Below are positions 1-10,137 of a stretch of 64,000 nucleotides of DNA, in pieces. A model generated the notes under the pieces. That model made no database searches and was not told the origin of the DNA. It was given only the letters and a program-made list of their open reading frames with translations. This DNA is from Nitrospira sp. (GTDB lineage Bacteria > Nitrospirota > Nitrospiria > Nitrospirales > Nitrospiraceae): positions 3,840,001 through 3,904,000 of the forward strand of contig AP038806.1 in the NCBI GenBank assembly GCA_047150005.1, read 5' to 3'. Position 1 is the first letter of the stretch; each line of letters starts with the position of its first letter. Position numbers and translations under genes: made by a program.

Positions 1-6
1 GAGGCT

Positions 7-483
7 GTGATGAAACGTGTTGCATTCCTCCTTGTCATCCTCTGTCTTGGATCGCCGGCCGGCGCCGAGGACTCGGCATGGACCGGCACCTGGGTGCTCC
101 GGGAAAATCAACCGGGGGGCCAACTTACCCTGAAGATCGAGGAAACGAACTCAGGCTGGAAGATGACCTACAAAGTCATGGGTCCCGGTGCACCCGGCGC
201 GAGCGACACGACCATCGCCACGATGCTTGACGGCAAGGACGTGCCGGTGCTGATCGACGGGAAACCGTCGAAACAGACGATGGGCATCAGCAAGGTCGAC
301 GGCCGTCACACCGTCAATGTCATTAAGTTCGGCGGGAAAGACATCGGTGTGTCCAAGGCGGAACTGTCCGCCGACGGGAAGCTGATCAAAGTGGAAACCG
401 ATTATCCGGAATCGAACCCTGGTGCTCCGGCCGGAAAGCAGATTCAGTTCTGGGATCGCAAAGAGCAGACGGGCCATCCTTAG
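7..483 (+). CDS. Hypothetical secreted protein, beta-rich (lipocalin-like topology possible)
   Basis: Signal peptide MKRVAFLLVILCLGSPAGA; WTGTWVL motif; 158 aa. Confidence 0.7.
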   Translation: MMKRVAFLLVILCLGSPAGAEDSAWTGTWVLRENQPGGQLTLKIEETNSGWKMTYKVMGPGAPGASDTTIATMLDGKDVPVLIDGKPSKQTMGISKVDGRHTVNVIKFGGKDIGVSKAELSADGKLIKVETDYPESNPGAPAGKQIQFWDRKEQTGHP

Positions 484-519
484 AAAATCCCGACATTCCC
501 GCCGTGGTAGGTGACGCCG

Positions 520-846
520 TTAGTGACGGTAGATTTCCAGTTCGTTGTCGACGTCCGTGACTCCGGTCACCTGCGACGCCACCTTCGCTGCCTGCTTCCG
601 TTGATCGGGAGTCTCAACCGTGCCGCGTAGATGGACCACGCCGTTTTTGGTCTCGACCTCGACGCGTGCCGGATCGACGACCTTTTCATAGGCCAGCCTC
701 GACTCAATGGCCAGAGTGATCTCGCGGTCGTTGAAATATCGATCGGATGTCTGAGGCGGGGTCTCGCAAGCCAAGAGCATCGCCAGGGTGCAGCCTCCGA
801 CCGTTGTCGTCACCCACCGGATCGTCCGCGTTCGATGGAGTGCCAT
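520..846 (-). CDS. BON-domain (OsmY-like) lipoprotein
   Basis: Lipobox LLAC; D.EIT..I...L; VEVETKNGVVHLRGTV...VTGVTDVDNEL BON pattern. Confidence 0.85.
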   Translation of the reverse strand: MALHRTRTIRWVTTTVGGCTLAMLLACETPPQTSDRYFNDREITLAIESRLAYEKVVDPARVEVETKNGVVHLRGTVETPDQRKQAAKVASQVTGVTDVDNELEIYRH

Positions 847-1168
847 GTGCGCACCTCGTCATCAAGGTCACGCCCACCACGTTCTCCTATTCACATGCTA
901 CCAGTCCCCGCATGGACGATGCCAAGCCCTCCATGAGTCGGCCTCGCGCCTCAAGGATCACGACCCGATGATTTCCGGAAGGTTATAGGTTCTTGACGGA
1001 CGGGCATACCGGGGAACATGGAGACGAACCAGGCGGCGATGGACGGACTGTCCGGAACGAGACAGACTGTCCGGGTGCGGCAACGTCACGTGTTTTCTTG
1101 ACTCACGAACAGGTTGCGCTAATTTGAAGAAGGCGGTTAACTGGTTCACCAATGGCAAGGAGGCCTCT

Positions 1169-1699
1169 ATGAGATCCCGAACCTTAGGGTGTGTTGCATT
1201 CTGCTTCTGTGCGCTGCTGCATCAGCATGGTGCAGAGGCGGCAGCCGTTTCGGATAACGGGCCGGGCTGCGGCCTGGGGAAACTTGCGTGGATGGACTAT
1301 GAGAGCCCAAAGCAAATCGCGCCTCAGGTGATGATGGCGACGACGAACGCCACGTTCGGCAGCCAGACCTTCGGCATCTCATCCGGTACATCCGGCTGCA
1401 GCAACGACGGCGTGATCATCAAAAACAAGCACATCAACATTGCAAGTCATGCCTTCGATCGTCTGGCCGAGGATATGGCTCAGGGAAAAGGCGAATATTT
1501 GGCGTCGCTGGCGATGCTCCTCGGTGTGCCCGAGGAGACGCAGCCGGAATTCTTCGCCCTCGTCCAAGAACGCTACCAGAGCTTGGTCGGACCGGATGAC
1601 GCGACGGCGATCACGCTGCTCACGGTGTTGCAGACCGCGATGGCGGAACGTCCCGCGCTCGCCCACCTGTCGTTCGTCGGTGAAGATCTCGGGAAATAG
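1169..1699 (+). CDS. DUF3015-family secreted protein
   Basis: GPGCGLG, TTNATFGSQTFGISSGTSGC, LAEDMAQGKGEYL motifs; RBS AAGGAGG at 1157-1163. Confidence 0.8.
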   Translation: MRSRTLGCVAFCFCALLHQHGAEAAAVSDNGPGCGLGKLAWMDYESPKQIAPQVMMATTNATFGSQTFGISSGTSGCSNDGVIIKNKHINIASHAFDRLAEDMAQGKGEYLASLAMLLGVPEETQPEFFALVQERYQSLVGPDDATAITLLTVLQTAMAERPALAHLSFVGEDLGK

Positions 1700-1720
1700 A
1701 CGGACCGCCCGCGACCGCGT

Positions 1721-2653
1721 CTACCGCCCTTCGGCTTCCTGCCGGGTCATGGGCCGGATCTCGAGTTCCGCCAGCACTCCGTAATGATCGGAAGGCCAGA
1801 GCGCACGGCCGTCCGGCAACCGTCCCGGACGATCCAGGATCACACGGCTCGATCGGACCGTTGTCGAGGATTCCAGGCCCGACAGGTACAGGATGAAATC
1901 CACGCGTTTCGATGCGGTTGACGGTTCCACGTCGATGCGTTGCCACACGGTGGGACCCGGTGCATCGGCATTGGCAGCGCGAAACGTGTCGACGAAACCG
2001 GCCTCGCGGCGGAGCGTCGTGAGGACCTGCGAGGTTTCCGGCGCGTTGAAATCGCCCATCAGAAGCGACAGCCCCGAGCCATGGCGCTCACGCACGAGTT
2101 CGCCGACCCGCTTGATCTGACACTCGTCGCCGCGCGCGAGGTGCGTCGAATAGACCTGGAGCGGTCCTCGTTCGGTCGAGACCTCTGCTCGCAGGAGAAT
2201 CCGCGGCTCAATCCATCGTCGGCAACGGGGCAGATCGGTTACTTCGGACCCCACGATGGGATAGCGGCTGAGAATCGCCGAGCCCTCCTTGAATCCCATC
2301 ATGCCGACGACGGCCCAATCCAGCGGAGCCAGGCGAAAAATGTGATCCGTCGCCGGGGCGAAGACGAGATGAAAGCCGAGCGCCTGGGCGAGACGTTCCG
2401 CCACGTTGCCATGCCTGCGGCTGTCGGAGGCTTCCTGCACCCCCACGATGTCCGGATCGAGCGCCTTCAATTCCCGGATGACCATCTCCAGGCGTTCTTC
2501 GAGATGAGTGTCGCCCTCGACGAATCCAGAGGCCGCGCCGTCGTGCAGGAGATTGTAGGTCACCACCCGCAACGGCAGGAGATCGTCCTGCGCGGCGGCG
2601 GCCGACATGGTGACCGGTCTCATGAGAAACAGAGCGAAGACAATCCACATCAT
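1721..2653 (-). CDS. Endonuclease/exonuclease/phosphatase (EEP) family protein, secreted
   Basis: VVTYNL, DIVGVQE, LMGDFN, RVDFI, SDHYGV motifs; start estimated. Confidence 0.85.
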   Translation of the reverse strand: MMWIVFALFLMRPVTMSAAAAQDDLLPLRVVTYNLLHDGAASGFVEGDTHLEERLEMVIRELKALDPDIVGVQEASDSRRHGNVAERLAQALGFHLVFAPATDHIFRLAPLDWAVVGMMGFKEGSAILSRYPIVGSEVTDLPRCRRWIEPRILLRAEVSTERGPLQVYSTHLARGDECQIKRVGELVRERHGSGLSLLMGDFNAPETSQVLTTLRREAGFVDTFRAANADAPGPTVWQRIDVEPSTASKRVDFILYLSGLESSTTVRSSRVILDRPGRLPDGRALWPSDHYGVLAELEIRPMTRQEAEGR

Positions 2654-2834
2654 ATTCGCCGAACCGGAGATCTGAATGGCCGACTCAATGAGAAATCGGG
2701 GCGGCATCGGTCCTTCCGGAGCGAGAGGAATCGACTCCACGAAGCCCGTCAATGGATCTAACGGGTCTAGTGTACTCGATTTCTGTCCAGGAGGATCGAA
2801 CCGAAGGAAGGAGAAAACACACCGGACGATCGGC

Positions 2835-3407
2835 TTACTGTTTGACGACGAAATGCACGCTCCGATTGACCTGCATGCAATCCTCATCGTGCCGGAAACA
2901 CAGGGGACGGTCCTTTCCGTAGCTGGTCGTGTCGACCTCGACCTCTAATCCGAGGTCCTCGAGGTAATGTTTCACGTTCCTGGCCCGCATGTCCCCCAAT
3001 ACCATGTTGTAGGCGGCGGTTCCGACTTCGTCTCCTCGTCCTTCGAGCAGCAAGCCGGTGACTCCCGCTCGGCGCAGACGTTTGGCGTTGGCCTCCACCA
3101 CCGGGACCGCGTCGGGTCGAATCGTGTACCGGTCAAAATCGAACAGGACGTCCACCAGCGAGCCCTTGGACATGCCGGTATCATTTCTGGCCGCCAATTC
3201 CGCGCGCATCGTCGGACCGGAACGCCGGGAAGCCGTACTCGGGTCGGCAGGTGCGATGTGCTTAATGACAGGCTCATCAATCAGCTCTCGACGAGACGCC
3301 TGTTCGTCACCGGCTCCGGATCCATACAGACTGCTGCAAGCTTGCAGGCCCAGAACCGTCACAGCCAAAATTCCCATCAGCGCGATCTCAGTGGACTTTT
3401 TCATCAT
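2835..3407 (-). CDS. OmpA/Pal-like peptidoglycan-associated lipoprotein
   Basis: Lipobox LQAC; VLFDFD, EGRGDEVGT..YN..LG..RA, SYGK.RP, NR.V motifs. Confidence 0.85.
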   Translation of the reverse strand: MMKKSTEIALMGILAVTVLGLQACSSLYGSGAGDEQASRRELIDEPVIKHIAPADPSTASRRSGPTMRAELAARNDTGMSKGSLVDVLFDFDRYTIRPDAVPVVEANAKRLRRAGVTGLLLEGRGDEVGTAAYNMVLGDMRARNVKHYLEDLGLEVEVDTTSYGKDRPLCFRHDEDCMQVNRSVHFVVKQ

Positions 3408-3806
3408 GCCTCCTTCTCAACACATCTGGTCTGACTGGAGAAAGCAAAGAAAATGCCATTGCGTCACATCACCGCTCTGAACAGCCGACACGGGCGCCCG
3501 GTCTCGGTCCTGTCGGAAACATGTATAATTCCACCGCTTTTTCGATCGCCGACCGGTAGACTGGAACCTGCCGTTTGGTCCGGCTCATGAATCACTACGG
3601 TAGACGGCCGCACCAGACTTGTACAGCAGTTCGACGTTTGTTGCTGACGGACATCCCTCGTTCGGACGGGAAATGGCTTCGCTATGATCGAAAACTCTTC
3701 GGCAGGCTACTCGGCAGGTTGCCGGACGACTTCCCTATAAGAGTGCTGAGCTTCGGGGGAGAGCGTACCGGCATTCGTCCGGTACGACAGACGACGCCGC
3801 CATGTG

Positions 3807-3980
3807 TTAGGGAATCCGAGGCGGCGCTTGATTCGGCTGCTGGATGCCTTCCTGCGCAGGCGTACCTGCGTCTTCAGATTTCTCGCCGCGGAACCCGGCC
3901 CACAAGCCGAGAGCGACCAGGAATGCAAGGGCGACGGCAAGTCCGATCCGATCGATCGGCCGCGGTGTCTTCTGTACCAT
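3807..3980 (-). CDS. Small single-pass membrane protein
   Basis: MVQKTPRPIDRIGLAVALAFLVALGLWAGF, one hydrophobic helix followed by a polar tail. Confidence 0.5.
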   Translation of the reverse strand: MVQKTPRPIDRIGLAVALAFLVALGLWAGFRGEKSEDAGTPAQEGIQQPNQAPPRIP

Positions 3981-4181
3981 CCAACTACGATGGGGCATCC
4001 CACACTCCACAAATAATTGTGCGGGTCGGTTCCTCATGTGTAATCGGTCCTGGGTGACGGATCTACCAGGAACATCCCTAGCGCGCACGATTCACAACGG
4101 TTCGTCGCGAAATTATGGAATAGCCGATCACGCCGCGGTCGAACTGCACCGTACACTGTGGTAGGGTCCTTCGACATCGAC

Positions 4182-5477
4182 ATGACGAGGTCTCCAATGG
4201 ACGGCGACTATCCGATGATCGGGGACGACCCCTCCATCGCGTTCCGGCGTACCCGGCTGGCCGCGACCGGCCTCCTGCTATTCATGGCTGTGCTGTTCTT
4301 CCTCGCCCTGTTAGGCGAGCAGCGCTATCCGGTGCTGCACTGGCTTCGGGCCTTCGCAGAAGCGGCGATGGTCGGGGCGCTCGCAGACTGGTACGCCGTC
4401 ACGGCGCTGTTCAAGCGACCGATGGGCCTGCCCATCCCGCACACCGAAATCATCCCCCGCAACAAGGCACGCATTGCCGCCGCCCTCGGTCGGCTGACGC
4501 AGCGCAAGCTCGTCACGCCGGAAGCCATCGGACGCCTGGTCGATTCGTGGCACATCCCGGATGAGCTGACCGCCGCGCTTGTCGATCCGCAGCGACGAGC
4601 AATTCTGGCGCAGGAACTCTCTCGACTGCTGGCCCGGATGCTCGAAGCCTCTGAGGATGCCGCGATGCAGCGGTTCGTCCGCCACATCGCAGCCAAGGCT
4701 CTGCACGGAGTGACCGCGGCGCCGGTGATAGGCCGGCTGCTTTCCGGATTTCTCGACAGCCCACAACGCGACCGGCTCATCGACGACATGTTGGCGCTTG
4801 CCGGCACGTACATCGAACAACATCGGGAGCCGCTGGGCCGCATGATCGCGGACAAGTTGCCCTGGTCCCGCCTGCTCAACCTGGTCCGGTTGGACGAGAA
4901 AGTGGCCAATAGATTCATCGACTGGTTCGCCTCGATGCTCCAAGATATGCGAATACATCACGAAGATCCGATGAGACAGCAGCTGATCGCGCGTCTCAAC
5001 CATGCCGCGCAGTGGCTCATGAACTCCGATCAGGCGGTCAGGCGGGAGGCGGCGATCAAGGAGTCGCTCTTGACGCACGATGCGCTGCTGGAATTCATCG
5101 ATCGTTCCTGGCACGAACTCAAGCAATGGCTCTTGACGGACCTGAGCCGGGAGCCGTCGGACACCCGCGCCTATCTCAACGCGGCGTTGGCCGGACTCGG
5201 CGAGACGCTGAAGAGGGATGCGGAACTCTTGACGCTCCTGCAGCAGGGGCTGGAAGGTCTGGTGGTCGAGTTGGCGGATCGTCACCGCGACCGGATCGGA
5301 GAACTGGTGACGAAGACGGTGAGCGATTGGCCCGTGACGCACATGGTGGAGACGATCGAACGGGAAGTCGGCCGCGACCTGCAGTTCATTCGAATCAACG
5401 GGGCGGTCGTCGGCGGGGTGGTAGGGTTGCTGCTGCACGCCATCGCAATCCTGCTCGACCTGCATCTGGCACCGTAA
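4182..5477 (+). CDS. DUF445 membrane protein
   Basis: AFAEAAMVGALADWYAVTALF..P.GLPIPHT.IIP and C-terminal VGRDLQFIRINGAVVGG; start uncertain. Confidence 0.9.
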   Translation: MTRSPMDGDYPMIGDDPSIAFRRTRLAATGLLLFMAVLFFLALLGEQRYPVLHWLRAFAEAAMVGALADWYAVTALFKRPMGLPIPHTEIIPRNKARIAAALGRLTQRKLVTPEAIGRLVDSWHIPDELTAALVDPQRRAILAQELSRLLARMLEASEDAAMQRFVRHIAAKALHGVTAAPVIGRLLSGFLDSPQRDRLIDDMLALAGTYIEQHREPLGRMIADKLPWSRLLNLVRLDEKVANRFIDWFASMLQDMRIHHEDPMRQQLIARLNHAAQWLMNSDQAVRREAAIKESLLTHDALLEFIDRSWHELKQWLLTDLSREPSDTRAYLNAALAGLGETLKRDAELLTLLQQGLEGLVVELADRHRDRIGELVTKTVSDWPVTHMVETIEREVGRDLQFIRINGAVVGGVVGLLLHAIAILLDLHLAP

Positions 5478-5506
5478 AGAAGGTGGAACACCCACTCGCG
5501 GCGGAC

Positions 5507-5535
5507 TTGACCGGTTCATCGGTTCGGAGTAGGGT
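5507..5535 (+). promoter_or_regulatory. Sigma70-type promoter for the small lipoprotein
   Basis: TTGACC-N17-TAGGGT. Confidence 0.5.
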
Positions 5536-5566
5536 GCGCTCGCGCAGGCGGCCGAAAGGCCGCCGT

Positions 5567-5731
5567 ATGCCCCTCATGATCATGCCAACGCTCGCCGGAC
5601 TGCTTCTGATGACTGCGATGATTCTCGGCGGATGTCATCCCGACCGTCCGATCCCACAACCGGTGATGACTCCCGCCGTCTCGCCGGAAGAACCGGTCGG
5701 GTTACCGGCATCCGCCAGGCCGGTACAATAG
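5567..5731 (+). CDS. Small Pro-rich lipoprotein
   Basis: Hydrophobic stretch followed by lipobox LGGC; 54 aa. Confidence 0.5.
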   Translation: MPLMIMPTLAGLLLMTAMILGGCHPDRPIPQPVMTPAVSPEEPVGLPASARPVQ

Positions 5732-5793
5732 GGCCGTTTTCTTTCTTTGATCCCGCCTGCGACAACCACGCGTCGCTCCGCCGATTTGCCTCC

Positions 5794-6057
5794 TAATCCC
5801 CAGCAAAACCCTTAGGCTGTGGATATTGAGGTCTAGGGCCGAATGTCCCCGGCAACGGCCGATGCTGCGCAGACCGGGGACTGACGGCAGTGGCCGGAAA
5901 TGTGTGAAACATACAGGATCCCCCGATTCGACCACTACACGTAGTGGCACGTCTCGGACGACACCTATGCCCAAAAAATAGGCAATTTGATCGATGATGC
6001 GTCCAGCGCACACTCCGCTCATCTCTCGCAACCACTTGTACACAGAATTATCCACAG
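5794..6057. promoter_or_regulatory. Cluster of DnaA-box-like 9-mers
   Basis: Perfect TTATCCACA 6048-6056; near matches TTGTACACA 6036-6044, TGTGGATAT 5818-5826, TAATCCCCA 5794-5802, TGTGTGAAA 5901-5909. Confidence 0.45.
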
Positions 6058-6144
6058 AAGATGGGGACTGAGCATTCTCATGCCGGATCTTCCGATGTGC
6101 GGAACTCATTTTGATGTGTCGTGTTCCCGTTCATCTGCTCCTTC

Positions 6145-6173
6145 TTGACAGGGTCGAGCAGACGGCCTAGCCT
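6145..6173 (+). promoter_or_regulatory. Sigma70 promoter of the SIMPL gene
   Basis: TTGACA-N17-TAGCCT; inverted repeat TCTGCTC/GAGCAGA flanks the -35. Confidence 0.6.
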
Positions 6174-6233
6174 GCCGCAACCGAATCATCGCCTCATCGA
6201 AAGCGTGGCAATGCCACAGAAGAAAGGACGGCC

Positions 6234-6965
6234 ATGCGACTGCATATGTTTCTGTTCGCGTTGATGATCGCTCCCGTCGCCGTCCAGGCCGGCGGTGGAA
6301 CCGGACCGGACATCCCGACTCTGACGGTCAACGGTAACGGCATGGTGACCGTCCAGCCCGATACAGCCTTCGTCACATTGGGTATGGAGACGGCCGCCAA
6401 GTCCCTCTCCGACGCCCAGCGCTTGAACAGCGCGGCGATGCAGAAGGTGATGGAGCGGTTGCAGCAATTGAAGATCGACAAGGATCGCATTCAAACCTCG
6501 TCATTCAACGTGACGCCGCAATATCGGCCTCCCACCAAGCATCCTGTGGACGCGCCGGCTCCGGCGCCGGAGATCGTCGGCTATACGGTGAGCAACCGTG
6601 TCACGGTCGAGATCCGCGATCTGCAGAAAGTCGCGGCGGTGATAGAAGAAACCTCGGCCGCAGGCGCCAACCACTTTCAGGGGTTGCATTGGGGCTTGCG
6701 CGACGAGCAACAGGCGCGTCTGCAGGCGCTCAAGCTCGCGGCGGGAAAGGCCAGAGAAAAAGCCGCGACCCTGAGCGACGCGTTGAATCTCAAACTCGCC
6801 CGTCTGATGAACGTGACCGAAGGGGTTCAGTTCATCCGCCCGGCACCCTATGCAGGACGCGCCATGATGGCGACGGATAGCGGGGGCGGGGACATCCCCC
6901 TTTCATCCGGGGAGATGAAAGTCGAAGCCACGGTTACGCTGAGCTACGAAATCAGCAAGGACTAG
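6234..6965 (+). CDS. SIMPL/DUF541 (YggE-like) periplasmic protein
   Basis: Signal peptide; LTVNGNG.V.V.PD.A, GYTVSN.V.V, A...AR.KA..L motifs. Confidence 0.9.
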   Translation: MRLHMFLFALMIAPVAVQAGGGTGPDIPTLTVNGNGMVTVQPDTAFVTLGMETAAKSLSDAQRLNSAAMQKVMERLQQLKIDKDRIQTSSFNVTPQYRPPTKHPVDAPAPAPEIVGYTVSNRVTVEIRDLQKVAAVIEETSAAGANHFQGLHWGLRDEQQARLQALKLAAGKAREKAATLSDALNLKLARLMNVTEGVQFIRPAPYAGRAMMATDSGGGDIPLSSGEMKVEATVTLSYEISKD

Positions 6966-7184
6966 CCGGCCGCACTCAAACAATCCATCGAACAGGTCGA
7001 AGAGGAGAGTCGTGACGCGCGGATGACACATCGAGTGGCGACAAAATGAGACGGGGAGCGAGCGTCGTCATGCAACAGCATGAGGACGAAGGAGGAAACG
7101 CCTGGCTCGGTTCTTGTATCTTGTCTATCGCGAACCTCGTTTTGTATAGTAAGCATATTGAAGTTCGCCGCGCGTCGACACACG

Positions 7185-7607
7185 ATGAAACCGCTACTCC
7201 TCCTGGCTTCAACATGCTGTTCGGTATTCCTTCTGTGGTCGGTCGTTGCCGCCGCCGATGCGGACCATACGATGATGATCGGCGGACAGGTCGTCGCGCT
7301 CGGCCCTGAGGCCTTGGGGAACCGCTCCGGTGTGATCGGGAATGCCGGACAGCCGGTGCCCAACCAGGGGACGACGTCCTCATCCACAGTCTTTCGGGAC
7401 ATTCCGTCGATCAGCGGCCGCTATTCGATCGGCGGTCAAACGTTTTTGCCGTATGTCGGTGCGGGATTTGGAAGCGGGTACACCACCGATTTGGACCGTT
7501 CCTTACAACGGCCTCCGGCGGTCAGTTCCGACCAGGGATTACACAGTCAATTCGGTCAAAGCGTGGCACCCAACGAATTCCAGATGGGGATCCGCATCCC
7601 CTTCTGA
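7185..7607 (+). CDS. Hypothetical secreted protein with an outer-membrane-like C-terminus
   Basis: Signal peptide; LPYVGAGFG; ends EFQMGIRIPF. Confidence 0.65.
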   Translation: MKPLLLLASTCCSVFLLWSVVAAADADHTMMIGGQVVALGPEALGNRSGVIGNAGQPVPNQGTTSSSTVFRDIPSISGRYSIGGQTFLPYVGAGFGSGYTTDLDRSLQRPPAVSSDQGLHSQFGQSVAPNEFQMGIRIPF

Positions 7608-7737
7608 ACTCCTGCCTCCCTCTTCCTCGCTGAATCTCGTTCGTACACCCAACCGTCCGTGAATGGCGCCGAACCACCTCGTGCTCCGCTTGTTCCATGT
7701 GTGATAGGCTCCACCAGTCATGAGGGAGGAGGGAACC

Positions 7738-8706
7738 ATGCAGTACGTTCATCTCGGCCGCTCCGGCGTCAAGGTCAGTCGCCTCTGCCTCGGCACGATG
7801 AATTTTGGGCCGCAGGCAAGCGAGACAGACAGCTTTGCCATGATGGACCGCGCGCTCCAACTGGGTATCAATTTTTTCGATACGGCGAACGTCTACGGAT
7901 GGAAAACAGGAGAGGGCTGGACGGAGCAGATCGTCGGACGCTGGCTGGCGCAGGGAGGCCGCCGCGATCAGATCGTCTTGGCGACAAAGGTATACGGCCG
8001 CATGGGCGACCGACCGAACCAGTCCCGGCTATCGGCGTTCCACATCAAGCGAGCCTGCGAAGCCAGCCTGCGCCGGCTCCAGACAGACTGCATCGACCTG
8101 TATCAGATGCATCACATCGATCGGGATACCCCGTGGGATGAAATCTGGCAAGCCATGGAACAACTCGTCCGGGAAGGCAAGGTGCTCTATGTCGGCAGCA
8201 GCAACTTCGCCGGCTGGCATCTTGCCCAGGCGCAGGAACTGGCCCGTAGCCGCCATTTTTTCGGTCTCGCCTCCGAGCAGAGTCTGTACAATCTGATCGA
8301 GCGGACGATCGAACTGGAAGTGATCCCGGCCTGCGAGGCATACGGGATCGGCCTGATTCCCTGGAGTCCGCTCGCGCGCGGGATGTTGGCGGGAGCCCTC
8401 GAGCCGGCGACGTCGGGGCGACGCGCCGACCCGGAGGTTCGAAAGGAGATCGACTTCCATCGTCCCAAGCTGGAAGCCTACGATGCATTGTGCAAGCAAC
8501 TCGGCGAGCGTCCCGCGGATGTGGCGCTGGCCTGGCTGCTCCACCAAAAGGTCGTCACCGCCCCCATCATTGGTCCGCGCACGATGGATCAGTTGAATGA
8601 GAACATGCGGGCGCTGACGCTCACCTTGAGCCGGGAGGCGCTGAAGCGGCTCGACGAGATCTTTCCCGGTCCCGGTGGTCCCGCGCCGGAAGCGTACGCC
8701 TGGTGA
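7738..8706 (+). CDS. Aldo/keto reductase
   Basis: LGRSGVKVSRLCLGTMNFG, GINFFDTANVYG, LATK, SLRRLQTDCIDLYQMH, PWSPLARG. Confidence 0.95.
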   Translation: MQYVHLGRSGVKVSRLCLGTMNFGPQASETDSFAMMDRALQLGINFFDTANVYGWKTGEGWTEQIVGRWLAQGGRRDQIVLATKVYGRMGDRPNQSRLSAFHIKRACEASLRRLQTDCIDLYQMHHIDRDTPWDEIWQAMEQLVREGKVLYVGSSNFAGWHLAQAQELARSRHFFGLASEQSLYNLIERTIELEVIPACEAYGIGLIPWSPLARGMLAGALEPATSGRRADPEVRKEIDFHRPKLEAYDALCKQLGERPADVALAWLLHQKVVTAPIIGPRTMDQLNENMRALTLTLSREALKRLDEIFPGPGGPAPEAYAW

Positions 8707-8984
8707 CCATCGATCGGCCGATCCGCCCCCTCTCCAGCCGACGTGCGGTCCTTGTCGACGCGACGTTTCCCGGAGAGTAGTCGATTGGGCAAGCCATATA
8801 CCGATGCGCGACGCACCAGAGCAAAGGCTGTGTTTGTCGGAAGATTGCGGCGAGTGGGCGATTGGATGAGGCGGTCGCTCATGACAAGTTGTCCCGATAC
8901 ACGACGAAAGCGGCTCGGCCGCGGACACGAGCCTGGGACATTCCCTTGACGCCGCACCGCTGCGACACGGTGAGAACGCGTCGA

Positions 8985-9695
8985 TCAGCGCGGAGCGAAG
9001 ATGAGAAAGTATTGTTTCGAGAGGAAGGTATGTTCCCCGGCGAGGCCGTAGCCGGCGGCGGCCATCTCATCCACGACCGCATCGCGTGGAACCAGATGTC
9101 GTTTGGTGAAGCCGAGATCCCCGGATCGCTCGTCGTGATAGAAATCGACGATCGCGATCCGGCCTCCCGGCCTGAGCGCGGATTTGGTGTTGCGGAAGTA
9201 GACGGTCCGATTTTCCAGATGATGGTAGGTGTTGCAGACAAAGATCAGATCGACCGATTCGTAGGGGAGCTTCGGGTTGTCGGGACGGGCGAGGATGAAT
9301 TCCGCGGTGTAGGGTCGGTGCATGTGGACGAGGCTGTCCTCCACATACTTGAGGGCCTCCGGCTCGATATCGATCGCATAGACTTTACCCGTCTCGGTGA
9401 CGGCTTCGACGAAACGGCGCGTGAAATAGCCGGACCCGGACCCCAGATCGGCGACGGCCATGCCCGGCTTCAGGTCCAACGCCTCAACGACCTGTGTCGG
9501 CTTTTGATCCTGATCCCGCTCCGGCCGGTCGAGTCGATCGAGATAATCCAGCACGCTCGAGGTCGACTGCCGGCCATGAGACGGCTCCGCCGTCGCCGGC
9601 ACCCACGACAGCACGATGCCGAGAACCAGCATCGGGCCGGCCGCGGCCGCGAGCGACGGCCCGGACATCAGCGGAGTGTTGACGGAGATCCTCAT
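8985..9695 (-). CDS. Class I SAM-dependent methyltransferase
   Basis: VADLGSGSGYF, VYAIDIE, YHHL, ALRPGGRIAIVDF; start overlaps the GYD stop (ATGA). Confidence 0.9.
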   Translation of the reverse strand: MRISVNTPLMSGPSLAAAAGPMLVLGIVLSWVPATAEPSHGRQSTSSVLDYLDRLDRPERDQDQKPTQVVEALDLKPGMAVADLGSGSGYFTRRFVEAVTETGKVYAIDIEPEALKYVEDSLVHMHRPYTAEFILARPDNPKLPYESVDLIFVCNTYHHLENRTVYFRNTKSALRPGGRIAIVDFYHDERSGDLGFTKRHLVPRDAVVDEMAAAGYGLAGEHTFLSKQYFLIFAPR

Positions 9696-9997
9696 CGCTT
9701 GCCGATCGTCTCCTTCAACAAGGCTTTCCATTCGTCTCGGTTGACCGCCGGCATCGTCGTGATCTGAATATGTCCCATCGAGGCGTTCAACACCGCCGCT
9801 TTCATGGCCGTCTTGTTATCGGGAAAGTCCCAGACTGCCACGACGTCGTATTCACCCAGGCAATAATAGGCTTGTACGAGTTTCCCGCCGAGACCCTGCG
9901 CGTGCTTTCGGACCATTTCAGCCCGCTCGATGCCTTTGTCCTTCATGGTCTGGAGCCCGTGCTGGGTGAATTTTACGAGACTGACGTACGTAGGCAT
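9692..9997 (-). CDS. GYD-domain protein
   Basis: MPTYVSLVKFT.QG-like N-terminus, GGKL...YYCLGEYDVV; RBS AAGGAGG. Confidence 0.85.
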   Translation of the reverse strand: MPTYVSLVKFTQHGLQTMKDKGIERAEMVRKHAQGLGGKLVQAYYCLGEYDVVAVWDFPDNKTAMKAAVLNASMGHIQITTMPAVNRDEWKALLKETIGKR

Positions 9998-10104
9998 GAC
10001 GTCCTCCTTGGCTAAGAGTGGACGAACGGACGACGACCGATGACGAAATTCTAGGCGTCCTTCACACGCGGGACAAGGGGGAGACACAACCGACATTAGT
10101 TTGC

Positions 10105-10133
10105 TTGACTCGCCTGCGACCGAAGCCTATGGT
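10105..10133 (+). promoter_or_regulatory. Sigma70 promoter of 6S RNA
   Basis: TTGACT-N17-TATGGT, ending about 5 nt before the RNA 5' stem. Confidence 0.75.
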
Positions 10134-10137
10134 ACCC

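Noticed and set aside
5794..6070. oriC
   Set aside because: No dnaA/dnaN context or clear DUE; dif and KOPS polarity indicate the terminus region
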